A stretch of 64,000 nucleotides of DNA from Bryobacteraceae bacterium (lineage in GTDB: Bacteria > Acidobacteriota > Terriglobia > Bryobacterales > Bryobacteraceae): the NCBI GenBank assembly GCA_035437465.1, contig DAOMYF010000003.1, positions 391 to 64,390 on the forward strand, in the 5' to 3' direction. Each line of letters starts with the position of its first letter. Within the stretch, counting starts at the first letter, position 1. Positions 46,980 to 57,633 of this stretch are shown here, in pieces. Under the pieces are notes generated by a model. That model was not told the DNA's origin. It did not search any database and was given only the letters and a program-made list of their open reading frames with translations. The position numbers and the translations under genes were made by a program.

Positions 46980-48332
46980 CTATACCCGATTCGGCTCTGG
47001 ATGAACGAACGGCGCCCGGTAGGGCCGCCGGAGCAACCGGTTCGCCTCCGCATCATTCACCACCTGCTGCCGCGCCGCGTCCCACGTGAGCGACCGCCCC
47101 AACTGCTGCGACAGATTCGCCAGGATACACGTGGCCGTCGAAATGTGGCCTTCCTCGACGTGCGCCACCGGCTTGCCCCGCGTCGCCATGCACTGGACCA
47201 GGTCCCTCATGTGCCCGCGAATCGCCGGCGCCACGTGCCGCTCCAGTCGCGCCTCTGTCTTGTCTTCCGGATACTTCTCCAGTTCAAACTCGACGTCGCG
47301 CCGCTGCGCCGCTTCTCCTTTCGTCATCGGCAGGTAGTCCCAGCGCATCACCCCGGCCTTCAATGTCCCTTTGTCGCCATAGAACGTCGCGCCCCAGGGA
47401 TATTCGGGATCCGCCGGCGCGCCGTACGTGCGGTGGTTCCAGATGACCTTGAGATCCCCGTAGTCGAAAGTCGCGGTCTGGGTGTCCGTGATGTTCGATT
47501 TGCTCGATTTTTGCACCAGAATCCCGCCCGTTGAAGCGACCGACTTTGGCCAGCCCAGATCCAGCATCCACCGGACCATGTCCAGCATGTGAATGCACAT
47601 GTCGCCCACGATGCCGTTGCCATACTCCATGAACGCCCGCCAACTGCCCGGATGCGCCAGCCGGTTGTATTTCCGCAGCGGCGCCGGTCCGGTCCACAGA
47701 TCCCAGTCCAGATGGGCCGGCGGATCCGCGTCCGGCGGATTCGCGTTCGCGCGCATGTGGTAATAGCAGTAAATCTCCACCACGCCCACGTGGCCCAGTT
47801 TGCCCTCGCGGATGATCCGGTCCCGCGCCTCGATCAAGTGCGGCGTGGACCGCCGCTGCGTGCCCACCTGCACCACCCGTTTGTACTTCTGCGCCGCCGC
47901 CACGATCGCCTGCCCTTCGACGATGTCCACGCTGATCGGCTTCTGCAGATACAGATCCGCGCCCGCTTTCATCGCGTCGATGGCCGCCAGCGCGTGCCAG
48001 TGGTCGGGCGTCGCGATCAGCGCCAGATCCAGTTCGTGCTTCTTCAGCATCTCGCGATAATCGCGATACACCACCGGCTTCCGGCTCGTCTTCTGGCGCT
48101 CCGCGATCAGATCCGCCGCCCCGGCCAGCATCTGGCTGTCCGGATCCGCGAGAGCCACCACCTCCACCTGCTCGACCTGAATCAATCGGAGCAGATCGGC
48201 CTTCCCATACCAGCCCGGCCCGATCACGGCAACCCGCTTCGGCCGGCTTTGCGCCAGAGAACGCGGACCCGGCAACATCAGGCCGCCCGTCAGGGTGGCG
48301 GCGGAAAGAAAATGGCGGCGGTTGAGCGGCAT
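46980..48332 (-). CDS. Tat-exported Gfo/Idh/MocA family oxidoreductase
   Basis: Twin-arginine signal MPLNRRHFLSAATLTGG, Rossmann motif VAVIGPGWYGK, and an EKP-like LQKPIS. Confidence 0.85.
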   Translation of the reverse strand: MPLNRRHFLSAATLTGGLMLPGPRSLAQSRPKRVAVIGPGWYGKADLLRLIQVEQVEVVALADPDSQMLAGAADLIAERQKTSRKPVVYRDYREMLKKHELDLALIATPDHWHALAAIDAMKAGADLYLQKPISVDIVEGQAIVAAAQKYKRVVQVGTQRRSTPHLIEARDRIIREGKLGHVGVVEIYCYYHMRANANPPDADPPAHLDWDLWTGPAPLRKYNRLAHPGSWRAFMEYGNGIVGDMCIHMLDMVRWMLDLGWPKSVASTGGILVQKSSKSNITDTQTATFDYGDLKVIWNHRTYGAPADPEYPWGATFYGDKGTLKAGVMRWDYLPMTKGEAAQRRDVEFELEKYPEDKTEARLERHVAPAIRGHMRDLVQCMATRGKPVAHVEEGHISTATCILANLSQQLGRSLTWDAARQQVVNDAEANRLLRRPYRAPFVHPEPNRV

Positions 48333-48394
48333 TGAAAATTAGTATATGCCCGAGCCGCCGTGCCCGGTCCGGGCGACGGGTATACACTGTCGGC

Positions 48395-49906
48395 ATGGAT
48401 CGCCGCGCCTTCCTCGCTCTCCTCTCTGCCACTGCCGCCTGCCGTCAGCCGGAACCCTTTTCCATCGAAGAAGTCAGCATCTCCGAACTCGGCGAGGCCC
48501 TCCGCGCCGGACGCGTCACTGCCCGCGGCCTCGTCGAAGCCTACCTGACCCGCATCCGCATCATCGACCGCTCCGGGCCCCATCTCAACTCGATCCTCGA
48601 AATCAACCCCGACGCCCTCTCGATTGCCGACGCCCTCGACGCCGAACTTCGCGACAAAGGTCCCAGAGGCCCCCTCCACGGCATCCCCATCCTCATCAAG
48701 GACAACATCGACACCGCCGACAGGATGCAGACCACCGCCGGCTCCGTCGCCCTGCTCGATGCCCCCACTCCCCAGCGCGACGCCGCCATCGTCACCCGCC
48801 TTCGCGAATCCGGCGCCGTCCTGCTCGGCAAAACCAACCTCAGCGAATGGGCCAACATCCGCTCCACCCGCTCCACCTCCGGATGGAGCGGCCGCGGCGG
48901 CCTGACCCGCAACCCCTACGCCCTCGACCGCAACACCTCCGGGTCTTCATCAGGATCCGCCGCCGCTGCCGCTGCCAGCCTCTGCGCCGCCGCCATCGGC
49001 ACCGAAACCGACGGTTCCATCGTCTCGCCTTCCTCGGTCTGTGGCCTCGTCGGCATCAAACCCACCGTCGGCCTGCTCGGCGGCGATGGCATCATTCCCA
49101 TCTCCCACAGCCAGGATACAGCTGGACCCATGGCCCGCTCCGTCCGCGATGCCGCCCTGCTGCTCGGTGCACTCGCGAAAACGCCCCAGGACTTCACCGC
49201 CGCCCTCGACCCCAATGCCCTTCGCGGCGCCCGTCTGGGCGTCGCCCGCCGCTACATGGGCCGTAACCAGCACGTCACAACCGTCGCCAACCAGTGCCTG
49301 GAAGCTCTTGAGAAAGCCGGCGCCGTTCTCGTCGATCCCGTCGACCTCAGCTCCATCGACTTCTCCGGTGAACGTAACACTCTCCTGTACGAACTGAAGG
49401 CCGACATGGCTGCTTACCTCGAACAGCGCGGCGGCCCGCTTTTCTCCCTCGAAGAACTCATCGCCTTCAATAAACACCATGCCGCCACCGAACTGCGCTG
49501 GTTCGGCCAGGAGTACTTCGAATTGTCCGTCAAGACCGGCGGTCTTCAGGAGAAGGAGTACCTCGAAGCCCGCGCCAAGGTCGAGAAAGCCCGCAAGGAT
49601 CTCACCGCCTTGATGGACCGCGAACGCCTCGACGCCCTCATCGCCACCACCAACAGCCCCGCCTGGCTCAGCGATCTCGTCAATGGTGACAACTCCGGCC
49701 AGGGCTGCTCCGGTCCCGCCGCCGTCACCGGATTCCCCCACATCACCGTCCCCGGCGGCCTCGCCGAGGGTCTCCCCATCGGCTTTTCCTTCTTTGGCCG
49801 CGCCCACGACGAAAGCCGTCTCATCCAACTCGCCCATGCCTTTGAACAGGCCACCAAGGCCCGCCGCCCACCCCTGTATCGGCCACGCTCCGGCCCTGGC
49901 GCCTAA
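48395..49906 (+). CDS. Exported amidase (amidase-signature family)
   Basis: [27 protein letters not shown], and the AS-signature [13 protein letters not shown]...[13 protein letters not shown]. The maximal ORF begins at 48332. Confidence 0.9.
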   Translation: MDRRAFLALLSATAACRQPEPFSIEEVSISELGEALRAGRVTARGLVEAYLTRIRIIDRSGPHLNSILEINPDALSIADALDAELRDKGPRGPLHGIPILIKDNIDTADRMQTTAGSVALLDAPTPQRDAAIVTRLRESGAVLLGKTNLSEWANIRSTRSTSGWSGRGGLTRNPYALDRNTSGSSSGSAAAAAASLCAAAIGTETDGSIVSPSSVCGLVGIKPTVGLLGGDGIIPISHSQDTAGPMARSVRDAALLLGALAKTPQDFTAALDPNALRGARLGVARRYMGRNQHVTTVANQCLEALEKAGAVLVDPVDLSSIDFSGERNTLLYELKADMAAYLEQRGGPLFSLEELIAFNKHHAATELRWFGQEYFELSVKTGGLQEKEYLEARAKVEKARKDLTALMDRERLDALIATTNSPAWLSDLVNGDNSGQGCSGPAAVTGFPHITVPGGLAEGLPIGFSFFGRAHDESRLIQLAHAFEQATKARRPPLYRPRSGPGA

Positions 49907-50514
49907 TGCGCCAGCGTCCGCCGCAGCGCCTCCACATCCACATCCTCCAACACCACTCCGGGCTCCAGAAGCGTCTGCGGATCCATGTCCTCCCGGAACA
50001 GCCGGCTACCCAAATGCAGACGGCTCCGCGTCAGGTAGTGCATCAATTCATGGACCAGCACCCGCGCCAGCGCCCGTCCCATCTGCGGCTTGGCCGAAAA
50101 CTGTTGCGGCGTCACCAGGATCTCCCGCAAGTGGGCCGCCACCAACGGGCAGTCCAGCGTAATAAACGGCTGCATTTCCTCATCCACACAGCGCACCCAA
50201 CCCAATGGACCCGCCGGCCTCGACACAGCCTTCCCGGCGGGAATCTCGCTGCACCCCCGGCAGCGCACCCAGATCACCTCGCCGGCCATGCCGAGATCCA
50301 ACAGATGGGAGTCATGGTGGACCACCGGCCGGATCCCTGCCGGCCGCAGCAGCCGCCCCAACTCCTCCCGCATCGCCCGCTCCGTCATCGGTGAAAGCGG
50401 AAATTCCGTGTTCAGCACGATCGCCACCACATGTTCCCGCCCTCCTGGCTGTCCGTCAGCCGCGAACCCCAGCCCGAACCCCAACAGAACCACCGCGAAC
50501 CGCGAATACCACAT
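49903..50514 (-). CDS. Hypothetical secreted HExxH(x7)H protein, paralogue of 15365..15976
   Basis: 203 aa with signal peptide MWYSRFAVVLLGFGLGFAA. Contains LGWV, QPFI, and GRALARVLVHELMHYLTRSRLH. Confidence 0.6.
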   Translation of the reverse strand: MWYSRFAVVLLGFGLGFAADGQPGGREHVVAIVLNTEFPLSPMTERAMREELGRLLRPAGIRPVVHHDSHLLDLGMAGEVIWVRCRGCSEIPAGKAVSRPAGPLGWVRCVDEEMQPFITLDCPLVAAHLREILVTPQQFSAKPQMGRALARVLVHELMHYLTRSRLHLGSRLFREDMDPQTLLEPGVVLEDVDVEALRRTLAH

Positions 50515-50790
50515 GCGGCCTCTCCTTCACTTCAACAGGCGCACCGTCCGCCCCCGGGGTAACGCTCCCACCCGCGATTCCAAGTCAAAAAGGAGAGCCC
50601 CTGGTCCGAAAATGGAAACCCGCCCCTCCCCGGCCCCGTCTCCTTGGGTGTGAGGCCGCATTGTCCGGAACGGAGCCCTGGCTCAAGGTTCGCTGGTCGA
50701 ACAAAGCGTGGCGGCGCTCGTTCCGCGGGCCCCCCTCCGGACTCTGCGGCCTACGGCTTTTCCCCCTCGCCCAGCCCCCCGAATCGGGGA

Positions 50791-50819
50791 TTGTCATGGT
50801 TTCGAAAAAATGATACTTT
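50791..50819 (+). promoter_or_regulatory. Putative extended -10 sigma-70-type promoter upstream of the DUF465 gene
   Basis: TTGTCA (50791-50796), a 17-nt spacer ending in TGA, then TACTTT (50814-50819). This would give a 5' UTR of roughly 120 nt. Confidence 0.3.
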
Positions 50820-50943
50820 CAGGGTGACAACGGGACCGAGGGGCCCCGTTGCTCTGCGCCATGCAGATGATGAAACCCACCGAGCCTGTGACCCTAAACC
50901 CCCGACTCGGCGTGGTTGCCCACCTAAAGGAGAACCACCCATC

Positions 50944-51177
50944 ATGGACAAGATTGCTCAGGAAGAACTGAAAGCGTACTTGATGCAGTCCAATGAGGAG
51001 TTCCGCGCGCTCGCTGAAAAGCACTCCCAATACGAGCAGCAGATCAACGAGATCGAAGCGAAAGCCCATTTGACTCCCGAGGACGAGATCGAGGAACACA
51101 AGCTCAAGAAGCTGAAACTCCATCTCAAAGACCAGATGCACGAGATGATGAACCGCTACCGCGCGCAGGTTGCGTAG
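50944..51177 (+). CDS. DUF465 (YdcH-like) family small protein
   Basis: 77 aa: ...EHKLKKLKLHLKDQMHEMM... is a typical DUF465 coiled-coil pattern. AGGAG Shine-Dalgarno upstream. Only the last 77 codons of ORF 50644..51177 look coding. Confidence 0.75.
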   Translation: MDKIAQEELKAYLMQSNEEFRALAEKHSQYEQQINEIEAKAHLTPEDEIEEHKLKKLKLHLKDQMHEMMNRYRAQVA

Positions 51178-51219
51178 TTAAACATCCTCAGCGTCAGGTA
51201 CGCTGTCTATCCGCTTCCC

Positions 51220-51253
51220 AAGCCCCGGCGGCCCCCGTGCCCCGGGGCTTTTT
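51220..51253 (+). terminator. Rho-independent terminator after the DUF465 gene
   Basis: 9-bp stem, AAGCCCCGG / CCGGGGCTT, followed by TTTCC. Confidence 0.6.
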
Positions 51254-51300
51254 CCTGCCTCCCGCGCTCCTCCCGTGTTACAACCGGAATTGAGTCCATC

Positions 51301-52089
51301 ATGTCCGAATCCCCCCGCTCCGTCATCATTACCGGCTCCACTTCCGGAATCGGCCGCTCCCTCGCTCTCGCCTTCGCCCAGGCCGGCGACCGTGTCCTCG
51401 TCCACGGCACCTCGGCCGAGCGTGCCGCTCAGGTCGCCGCTGAAATCACCGCTGCCGGTGGGGTCGCCTCCGCCCTCACCGGCGATGTCGCCGATCCCGA
51501 AACCGCTCAAAGACTCATCGAGCGCGCTGTCAGCCAGTTTGGTGGCGTCGATGTCTTCATCGCCAACGCCGGCATCGTCCACCCCGGCGACTTTCTGGAC
51601 TATTCCCTGAACGACTTCCACCGCTCCATCGACGTCAATCTGACCGGCGCCTTCCTCGGCTGTCAGGCCGCCGCCCGCCAGATGGTCGCTCAGGGCCGGG
51701 GCGGGCGCCTGCTCACCCTCTCCTCCGTCGGCGGCAAAATGGGGCAGTACGGCTTCACCGGCTATGGCACCGCCAAGACCGCCATTCTTGGCCTGACCCG
51801 CGTCATGGCCGTCGAACTCGCCCGCCACCAGATCACAGTCAACGCCCTCGTCCCCGGACCCGTCATGAACGACATGCTCCTCGGCGTCTACGGCGAAGAA
51901 CGACTCGCTCTGCGTACCAAAACCGTCCCCCTCGGCCGCCTCGCCGAGGCCGCCGACGTCACCGCCCTCGCCCTGTTCCTCGCTTCCCCCGCCGCCGCCT
52001 ACCTCACTGGCCAGGAGTTCGTCATCGACGGCGGCGCCTCCGCCGCCGGCGTCTTCACGGTTGAAGTGCTGCGCCGGGCCGGGACTTGA
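51301..52089 (+). CDS. SDR family oxidoreductase (FabG-like)
   Basis: [15 protein letters not shown] (TGxxxGxG), NAGI, and a YGTAK catalytic motif (YxxxK). Confidence 0.9.
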   Translation: MSESPRSVIITGSTSGIGRSLALAFAQAGDRVLVHGTSAERAAQVAAEITAAGGVASALTGDVADPETAQRLIERAVSQFGGVDVFIANAGIVHPGDFLDYSLNDFHRSIDVNLTGAFLGCQAAARQMVAQGRGGRLLTLSSVGGKMGQYGFTGYGTAKTAILGLTRVMAVELARHQITVNALVPGPVMNDMLLGVYGEERLALRTKTVPLGRLAEAADVTALALFLASPAAAYLTGQEFVIDGGASAAGVFTVEVLRRAGT

Positions 52090-53668
52090 AATACCGCCCC
52101 AGCGTTGCCTCGCCCGGCGCTCGCGTCGCCAGCGAAACCGCCACCAGCAAACCCAATGAAATCAACGTCACCGGCAACACCGGCATGAACCCCAGCACCG
52201 ACGTTCCCCGCGCCGTCCGCTCCAGCACCGCCCATTCCCCCCATTGCACCACCACCCCCGGCACGGTCACCACCGCCTGAAACACCGCAATCCCCGCCAC
52301 CGCCGCCACCGACCACACCGTCGCCGCCAGCGCCCCCCACTTCGTGCTCCGCCGCCAGTACAACGCCGCCCACAACAACGGACACAATGCCGCGAATCCT
52401 GTGAATGCATACTGGACAGCCACGTCGAAAATCGCCCCCGGCGCGCGCAGCGCCACAATGTACGCCACCACCGTCACCCCCACCACGAACCCTCGCCCCG
52501 TCAGCACCTGCGCCGCCTCCCCGAATCGCTCCTTGCCCCCATAAAACGCGAACAGATCCTCCGTTACCATCGTTGACAGCGCCAGAATCTGCGAGTCGCT
52601 CGCCATCACCGCCGCCATGATCCCCGCCCCAAGCAACCCCGCCAGCCACAGCGGCGCATACTGTTCCAGAAGCAGCAGGAGCACGTCATCCCCCGCCGCC
52701 TGCCGCTGCAACTGCTCCCGTTGCTCCGGCGCCGCACCAGGGAGCGCCGCCCGCGCTTCCAGTTTCGCCTGAATCCCCGGCACCTCCGTCGCCCGGTTCG
52801 CCATCACCCCCAGAAACACCGACGGCAACCACACCGCCATGATGCACAGCGGATACAGCACCACCGTCTTCCGGAATGCCGCCATCTTCTTGGCCGTCAG
52901 GCAGAAAATCGCCATGTGCGGAAACGCAATCGACGACAAAGGAATGAACATGTAGCTGAAAAAGTACGCCGGCGACACCTTCTCCCGCGTCAGCATCACC
53001 GCCTGCTTCGCCTCCGCCAGCATCCCCTCCACCGCCGGAGCAAAGCCGCCCATCCCATAGCCGATCACCACGATCGTCACGCTGCCAAAACTCAAAAAAA
53101 GGATCGTCTGGAACGTGTTCACCCACGCCGTCCCCCGCATCCCGCCGAAAAACACGTAACTCATCACCACGATCGCCACCACCGCTCCCCCCACCCAGTA
53201 CGGAATCATGCCCCCGCTGATCGCGCTCAGCGCCGCGCCCCCGCCCATCACGCTGATGATGATGTACGGCACCAGGAATACCGTCTGCACCACCGTGATG
53301 AAACTCCCGATGTGCCCGCACTCCCACCGGTCCCGCATCATCTGCACCGGCGTGATGAACCCGTGCTTCTTGCCCAGCGCCCACAACCGTGTGCCAAAGA
53401 AGAATAGCGTCAGCGGGATCACAATCGCCGAACTCGAAGCCATCAGACTGAACGTCACCACCCCGTTCGCGAAAGCGTGCCCCGAGGCGCCCAGAATCGT
53501 GAATGCCGTCATGTTCGTCCCGAACAATGACAGCAGGAAGACTGTCGTCCCCAGCGACCGCCCCGCCAGGAAGAAGTCCTCCGCTCCCCCGCCTCCGCGC
53601 CGGAACGCAAAGATCCCAATGTAGAAAACGGTCGCCAGATAGCCGAACACCAGCAGCGTTGGGATCAA
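52055..53668 (-). CDS. Sodium:solute symporter (SSS) family transporter
   Basis: 537 aa with about 13 TM helices. N-terminus reads [32 protein letters not shown]. The TTG start overlaps the DUF3311 stop codon (TTGA). Confidence 0.9.
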   Translation of the reverse strand: MIPTLLVFGYLATVFYIGIFAFRRGGGGAEDFFLAGRSLGTTVFLLSLFGTNMTAFTILGASGHAFANGVVTFSLMASSSAIVIPLTLFFFGTRLWALGKKHGFITPVQMMRDRWECGHIGSFITVVQTVFLVPYIIISVMGGGAALSAISGGMIPYWVGGAVVAIVVMSYVFFGGMRGTAWVNTFQTILFLSFGSVTIVVIGYGMGGFAPAVEGMLAEAKQAVMLTREKVSPAYFFSYMFIPLSSIAFPHMAIFCLTAKKMAAFRKTVVLYPLCIMAVWLPSVFLGVMANRATEVPGIQAKLEARAALPGAAPEQREQLQRQAAGDDVLLLLLEQYAPLWLAGLLGAGIMAAVMASDSQILALSTMVTEDLFAFYGGKERFGEAAQVLTGRGFVVGVTVVAYIVALRAPGAIFDVAVQYAFTGFAALCPLLWAALYWRRSTKWGALAATVWSVAAVAGIAVFQAVVTVPGVVVQWGEWAVLERTARGTSVLGFMPVLPVTLISLGLLVAVSLATRAPGEATLGRYFKSRPGAALQP

Positions 53669-53904
53669 GCGCCGCGCTCCTGATCATCCGCCGCCACTTT
53701 CGCCTCGGCCTCCTCCTCTTCCGGCCACGCCCACTTCACCAGCACCGCCATCATCGCCGAGGCCGCCACGCAATAAAACATGTGATACCAAAGCCCCACC
53801 GGCAGGAATCCGAACAGCAGGGGCCGCGCCTCTCGCCAGAACCAGAAGTCCTGATGCAGGATCAAGAGAGTAACCACGAGGATAGTCAGCGTCGCCTGTC
53901 TCAT
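53665..53904 (-). CDS. DUF3311-like small membrane protein (SSS transporter accessory subunit)
   Basis: 79 aa with two TM helices ([16 protein letters not shown]...), located immediately upstream of and overlapping the SSS gene, as is typical for DUF3311. Confidence 0.7.
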   Translation of the reverse strand: MRQATLTILVVTLLILHQDFWFWREARPLLFGFLPVGLWYHMFYCVAASAMMAVLVKWAWPEEEEAEAKVAADDQERGA

Positions 53905-53997
53905 TTCTATCGATTCTGGGCCCCGGTCCGTCTGTCGTTACATGTCATGTTGTCACAACGCCGCACGCGCCCGCATTGTTACACTGAAGGTTCCTTG

Positions 53998-56900
53998 ATG
54001 AAAAATCTACTGTGGACGGCTTCGTTCGTCCTGTTCGCCATTCCCCTCTCCGCTCAAACTGCGGGCCGGCTTGCGGGCACCGTCACCGATGCCACCGGCG
54101 CCCCCCTCCCCGGTGCGACCATCACCGCCGAACAAACACCCACGGGCCTCTCCCGCTCGACCCAGTCCGACAACGAAGGCCGCTATCTCTTCCCGAGCCT
54201 CCCCCCCTCCCTCTACCGCCTTCGCGCCACCCGCGACGGCTTCCGCCCCATCGTCCGCGAAGATATCGAGTTGACCGTCGCCGCCTCCCTCACTGTCGAC
54301 CTGACCCTCCAGGTCGGCGGTATTGACCAGCAGATCACCATCACCGACCGCCCCTCGCTCGTCAATACCCAAACCTCCGAACTCAGCTTCCTCGTTGGCG
54401 AGACCGCCATGCGTGAACTCCCCCTCAACGGCCGCAACTTCACCGACCTCGCCCTGCTCACGCCCGGCGTCGCCGCCTTCCCCCACCGCGACGGCGGGTC
54501 CGTCGTCGCCCACGGCCTCGCCATGTCCATGAATGGCCGCGACCCCCGCTCCAACGTCTATCTCCTCGACGGTACCCCCCAGAACGACTTCACCAATGCC
54601 CCCGCTTCCTCCGCCGCCGGCACCGCCCTCGGCCTCGAAGCCATCCGCGAATTCCGCGTCGAACTCAACGCCTACTCCGCCCAGTTCGGCCGCAACTCCG
54701 GCGGCCAGGTCAACGCGCTCACCAAGTCCGGCGGAAACGAATACCACGGCTCCCTGTTCCACTTCCTCCGCAACGATAACTTCGACGCCCGCAACTTCTT
54801 CGACCCCGCCAAACGCCCCGAATTCAACCGGAACCAGTTCGGCGGTTCCCTCGGCGGGCCCATCCGCCGTGAAAAGACCTTCTTCTTCGGCTCCTACGAA
54901 TCCCTCCGCGAACGTCTCGGCCGCACCATTTCCACCGTCGTCCCCGATGCCAACGCCCGCCTCGGCATCCTCCCCGACGGCCCCGTCACCATCAACCCCG
55001 TCGTCCGCCCCTACCTCGACGAATTCCCCCTCCCGAATGGTCCCGCGCGCGGTGGCGGCCTCGCCCAGTACGCTTTCGGCTTCAATCAGACCCTCGATCA
55101 GCACTTCGGCCAGGGCCGCCTCGACCACTACTTCAACGGTCAGCACCAGTCCTTCGCCCGCTACACCATCGATGACGCCGCCCAGCGACTCCCCACCGAT
55201 TACCCCCAATTCCCCCGCTCCTTCCTCTCCCGCAACCACTTTCTGACCCTCGAGCATCTCTGGGTCCCCTCCGCCCGGACCACCCACACCTTCCGCGGTT
55301 CCTTCGCTCGCACCCGCGTCGGCCAGGACGTCGAAGCCAACACCGCCACGACTCTCGACCCCTTCATCCCCGGTCGCGGCCTCGTTGGCAACATCGACAT
55401 CGGCGGACTCCCCCGTTGGGGCCCCCAGACCTCCGTCAACGTCCAACTCGTCCAGAACCTGTTCGGCTTCGACTACGGCTTCACCCACACCCGCGGACGC
55501 CACCTGCTCAAGGCCGGCATCCTCGCCGAACGCTACCGCAACAACATGGTCAATCCCACTTTCTCTCTCGGGATTCAGACCTTCTCCAACCTCCGCTCCT
55601 TCCTCGAAAACCGCCCCTTGCGCTTCCTCGGCCTCCCCGCCGGCGGCGCCATCGACCGCTACTGGCGCTCCACCCTGATGGGCTTTTACCTCCAGGACGA
55701 CTGGCGCGTCGCCCCCCGCCTGACCCTCAATCTCGGCCTCCGCTACGAGTTCGCCACCATGCCCCGCGACATCTATGGCCGCGATTCCGCCGTCCCCAAC
55801 CTCCTCAGCGACACCCAGCCCACCGTCGGCCAGCTTTACCAGAACCCCACTTTCTCCAACCTTTCGCCCCGCGCCGGTTTTGCCTGGGACGCCCTCGGCA
55901 ATGGCCGCCTCTCGGTCCGCGGCGGTTATGGCCTGTTCTTTAATACCAACAACATCCAGCACCTGATCGTCACTGTCACCAACCCCCCGGCCACCCCCCG
56001 CGTCATCGTCGCCGGCTCCACCTTCCCCGTCCCCAATCTCAGCGCCGGCGTCGCCAACTCCATCCGCCCCATCCAGTGGGATATCGAAAGCCCCCGGGTC
56101 CATGTCTACAACCTGATGACCGAATACCAACTCCCGGGCGACCTCCTGCTCTCTGCCGGCTTTGCCGGTTCCCGTGGTTCCCGACTCTGGCGCTCCGGCG
56201 ACTGGAATACCGCCACTCCCGTCCGCCAACCCGATGGCACCCTCGTCTTCCCCGCCGGCGCTCCGGTTCGCAAGAACCCCAATTTCGGCGTCGTCGAACT
56301 CAAGTCCTCCGACGGCGATTCCTGGTACAACGCCGGCTTGTTCGAACTCCGCCGCCGCTTCGGCCGCGGTCTGATGCTCCAGTCCTCCTACACCTTCTCC
56401 CGGAACATCGACACCACCCAGGCCTCCACCTTCTTCAGCGACGCCACCAACGGCACCACCACCGCCTTCCCCGAATTCGAGGGCTTCAACTACAACAAAG
56501 GCCTCGCCGACTACCACGCCAAGCACAACTGGGTCTCCAACTTCCTCTGGAACCTCCCTCTCGGCCAGCATTTCCTCGCCAAAGGCTGGCAACTCGCCGG
56601 TATTTACTCCTTCCGCAGCGGCAACCCCCTCACCGTCTTCGTCCAGTCCAATCGCTCCCGTTCGCTCGCCCAACCCTCCCTTGGCCCCGGCATCGGCTTC
56701 GACCGTGTCTCCATGGCCCCCGGCTTCACCCACCAGTCGGCCATCCAGGGCGATCCCGCGCGCTGGTTCAACCCCGCCGCCTTCGCCCTCCCCCCCGCCG
56801 GACAGCTTGGCAACCTCGGCCGCGGCGCCCTCATTGGCCCCAATCTTCGTGCTTTTGACCTCTCCCTGATGCGCAATTTCCCCCTTCGCGCCATCAGTGA

Positions 56901-57087
56901 GCAGGCAAACCTCCAGTTCCGCCTCGAATCCTTCAACCTCGCCAACCGCGCCAACTTCGGCCCGCCCGCCCTCACCGCATTCGCCGGAACCGCCGTTCAG
57001 GAATTGCCACTTTCTTCGCTCGGATTCATCAGACAGACTGTCACCAGCGCCCGCCAACTCCAACTGGCGCTCCGCCTCTCATTCTGA
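53998..57087 (+). CDS. TonB-dependent outer-membrane receptor with N-terminal carboxypeptidase-regulatory-like domain
   Basis: Signal peptide MKNLLWTASFVLFAIPLSAQ. CarboxypepD_reg segment GRLAGTVTDATGAPLPGATITA...NEGRYLFPSLPPSLYRL. Has a plug region and a C-terminal aromatic residue (…LALRLSF). The maximal ORF begins at 53503. Confidence 0.9.
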   Translation: MKNLLWTASFVLFAIPLSAQTAGRLAGTVTDATGAPLPGATITAEQTPTGLSRSTQSDNEGRYLFPSLPPSLYRLRATRDGFRPIVREDIELTVAASLTVDLTLQVGGIDQQITITDRPSLVNTQTSELSFLVGETAMRELPLNGRNFTDLALLTPGVAAFPHRDGGSVVAHGLAMSMNGRDPRSNVYLLDGTPQNDFTNAPASSAAGTALGLEAIREFRVELNAYSAQFGRNSGGQVNALTKSGGNEYHGSLFHFLRNDNFDARNFFDPAKRPEFNRNQFGGSLGGPIRREKTFFFGSYESLRERLGRTISTVVPDANARLGILPDGPVTINPVVRPYLDEFPLPNGPARGGGLAQYAFGFNQTLDQHFGQGRLDHYFNGQHQSFARYTIDDAAQRLPTDYPQFPRSFLSRNHFLTLEHLWVPSARTTHTFRGSFARTRVGQDVEANTATTLDPFIPGRGLVGNIDIGGLPRWGPQTSVNVQLVQNLFGFDYGFTHTRGRHLLKAGILAERYRNNMVNPTFSLGIQTFSNLRSFLENRPLRFLGLPAGGAIDRYWRSTLMGFYLQDDWRVAPRLTLNLGLRYEFATMPRDIYGRDSAVPNLLSDTQPTVGQLYQNPTFSNLSPRAGFAWDALGNGRLSVRGGYGLFFNTNNIQHLIVTVTNPPATPRVIVAGSTFPVPNLSAGVANSIRPIQWDIESPRVHVYNLMTEYQLPGDLLLSAGFAGSRGSRLWRSGDWNTATPVRQPDGTLVFPAGAPVRKNPNFGVVELKSSDGDSWYNAGLFELRRRFGRGLMLQSSYTFSRNIDTTQASTFFSDATNGTTTAFPEFEGFNYNKGLADYHAKHNWVSNFLWNLPLGQHFLAKGWQLAGIYSFRSGNPLTVFVQSNRSRSLAQPSLGPGIGFDRVSMAPGFTHQSAIQGDPARWFNPAAFALPPAGQLGNLGRGALIGPNLRAFDLSLMRNFPLRAISEQANLQFRLESFNLANRANFGPPALTAFAGTAVQELPLSSLGFIRQTVTSARQLQLALRLSF

Positions 57088-57105
57088 CCATCACCAAACC
57101 ACACC

Positions 57106-57579
57106 ATGACGCAGGGGAAACAAAAATCAATGCTTTGGGTCATCTTCGCTCTCGGCGCCGCCCTCTTCTGGGGGGTCTACGGGCCCATCCTCCACAAAGG
57201 TCAAATGCAGTTGGGCAACCCGCTCCGCGCCCTCCTGCTCGTCGGCTTCGCCTACTTCTGCGTGGGCGTGCTGGTGCCCCTCATCATGCTCGGCTCCCAG
57301 GGCGAGTTAAAGGGCTTCAACTTCTCAGGTTCCTTCAACGCGTGGATGGGCGGCGCCCTGGGCGCCCTCGGCGCCATCTGCATCATCTGGGCCTTCAAGA
57401 GCGGCGGCGTCCCTAACTACGTGATGCCATTGGTCTTCGGCCTCGCTCCCTTGATCAACGTCGCCGTCTCCATGGCCACCCACCCCCCAAAAACCGCCGT
57501 CAACCCCCTCCTCTGGCTCGGCTACGTCCTCGCCGCCTCCGGAGCCGGCATGGTCTTCTACTTCAAACCCAAAGGCTAG
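57106..57579 (+). CDS. Small polytopic membrane protein (DMT/EamA-half-like)
   Basis: 157 aa with about five hydrophobic helices. Lies 18 nt downstream of the TonB receptor gene. The family assignment is tentative. Confidence 0.6.
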   Translation: MTQGKQKSMLWVIFALGAALFWGVYGPILHKGQMQLGNPLRALLLVGFAYFCVGVLVPLIMLGSQGELKGFNFSGSFNAWMGGALGALGAICIIWAFKSGGVPNYVMPLVFGLAPLINVAVSMATHPPKTAVNPLLWLGYVLAASGAGMVFYFKPKG

Positions 57580-57633
57580 GCCGGCACGAATCGACCCAGC
57601 AAGGATCTTTCACGTCCTGGCTGTGGTATTCTC

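Noticed and set aside
50644-50943. N-terminal 100 codons of ORF 50644..51177
   Set aside because: The composition is Arg/Pro/Gly-rich and unlike the C-terminal 77 aa. A strong Shine-Dalgarno plus ATG at 50944 gives a full-length DUF465 protein.
53503-53997. N-terminal 165-codon extension of the TonB receptor ORF
   Set aside because: It overlaps the SSS and DUF3311 genes on the other strand. ATG 53998 yields a normal signal peptide.
54007-57063. 1018-aa minus-strand ORF opposite the TonB-dependent receptor gene
   Set aside because: The translation is a Gly/Ala/Glu/Val-rich monotone with no recognisable domain. The plus-strand frame encodes a complete receptor with signal peptide, CarboxypepD_reg domain and a terminal aromatic residue.
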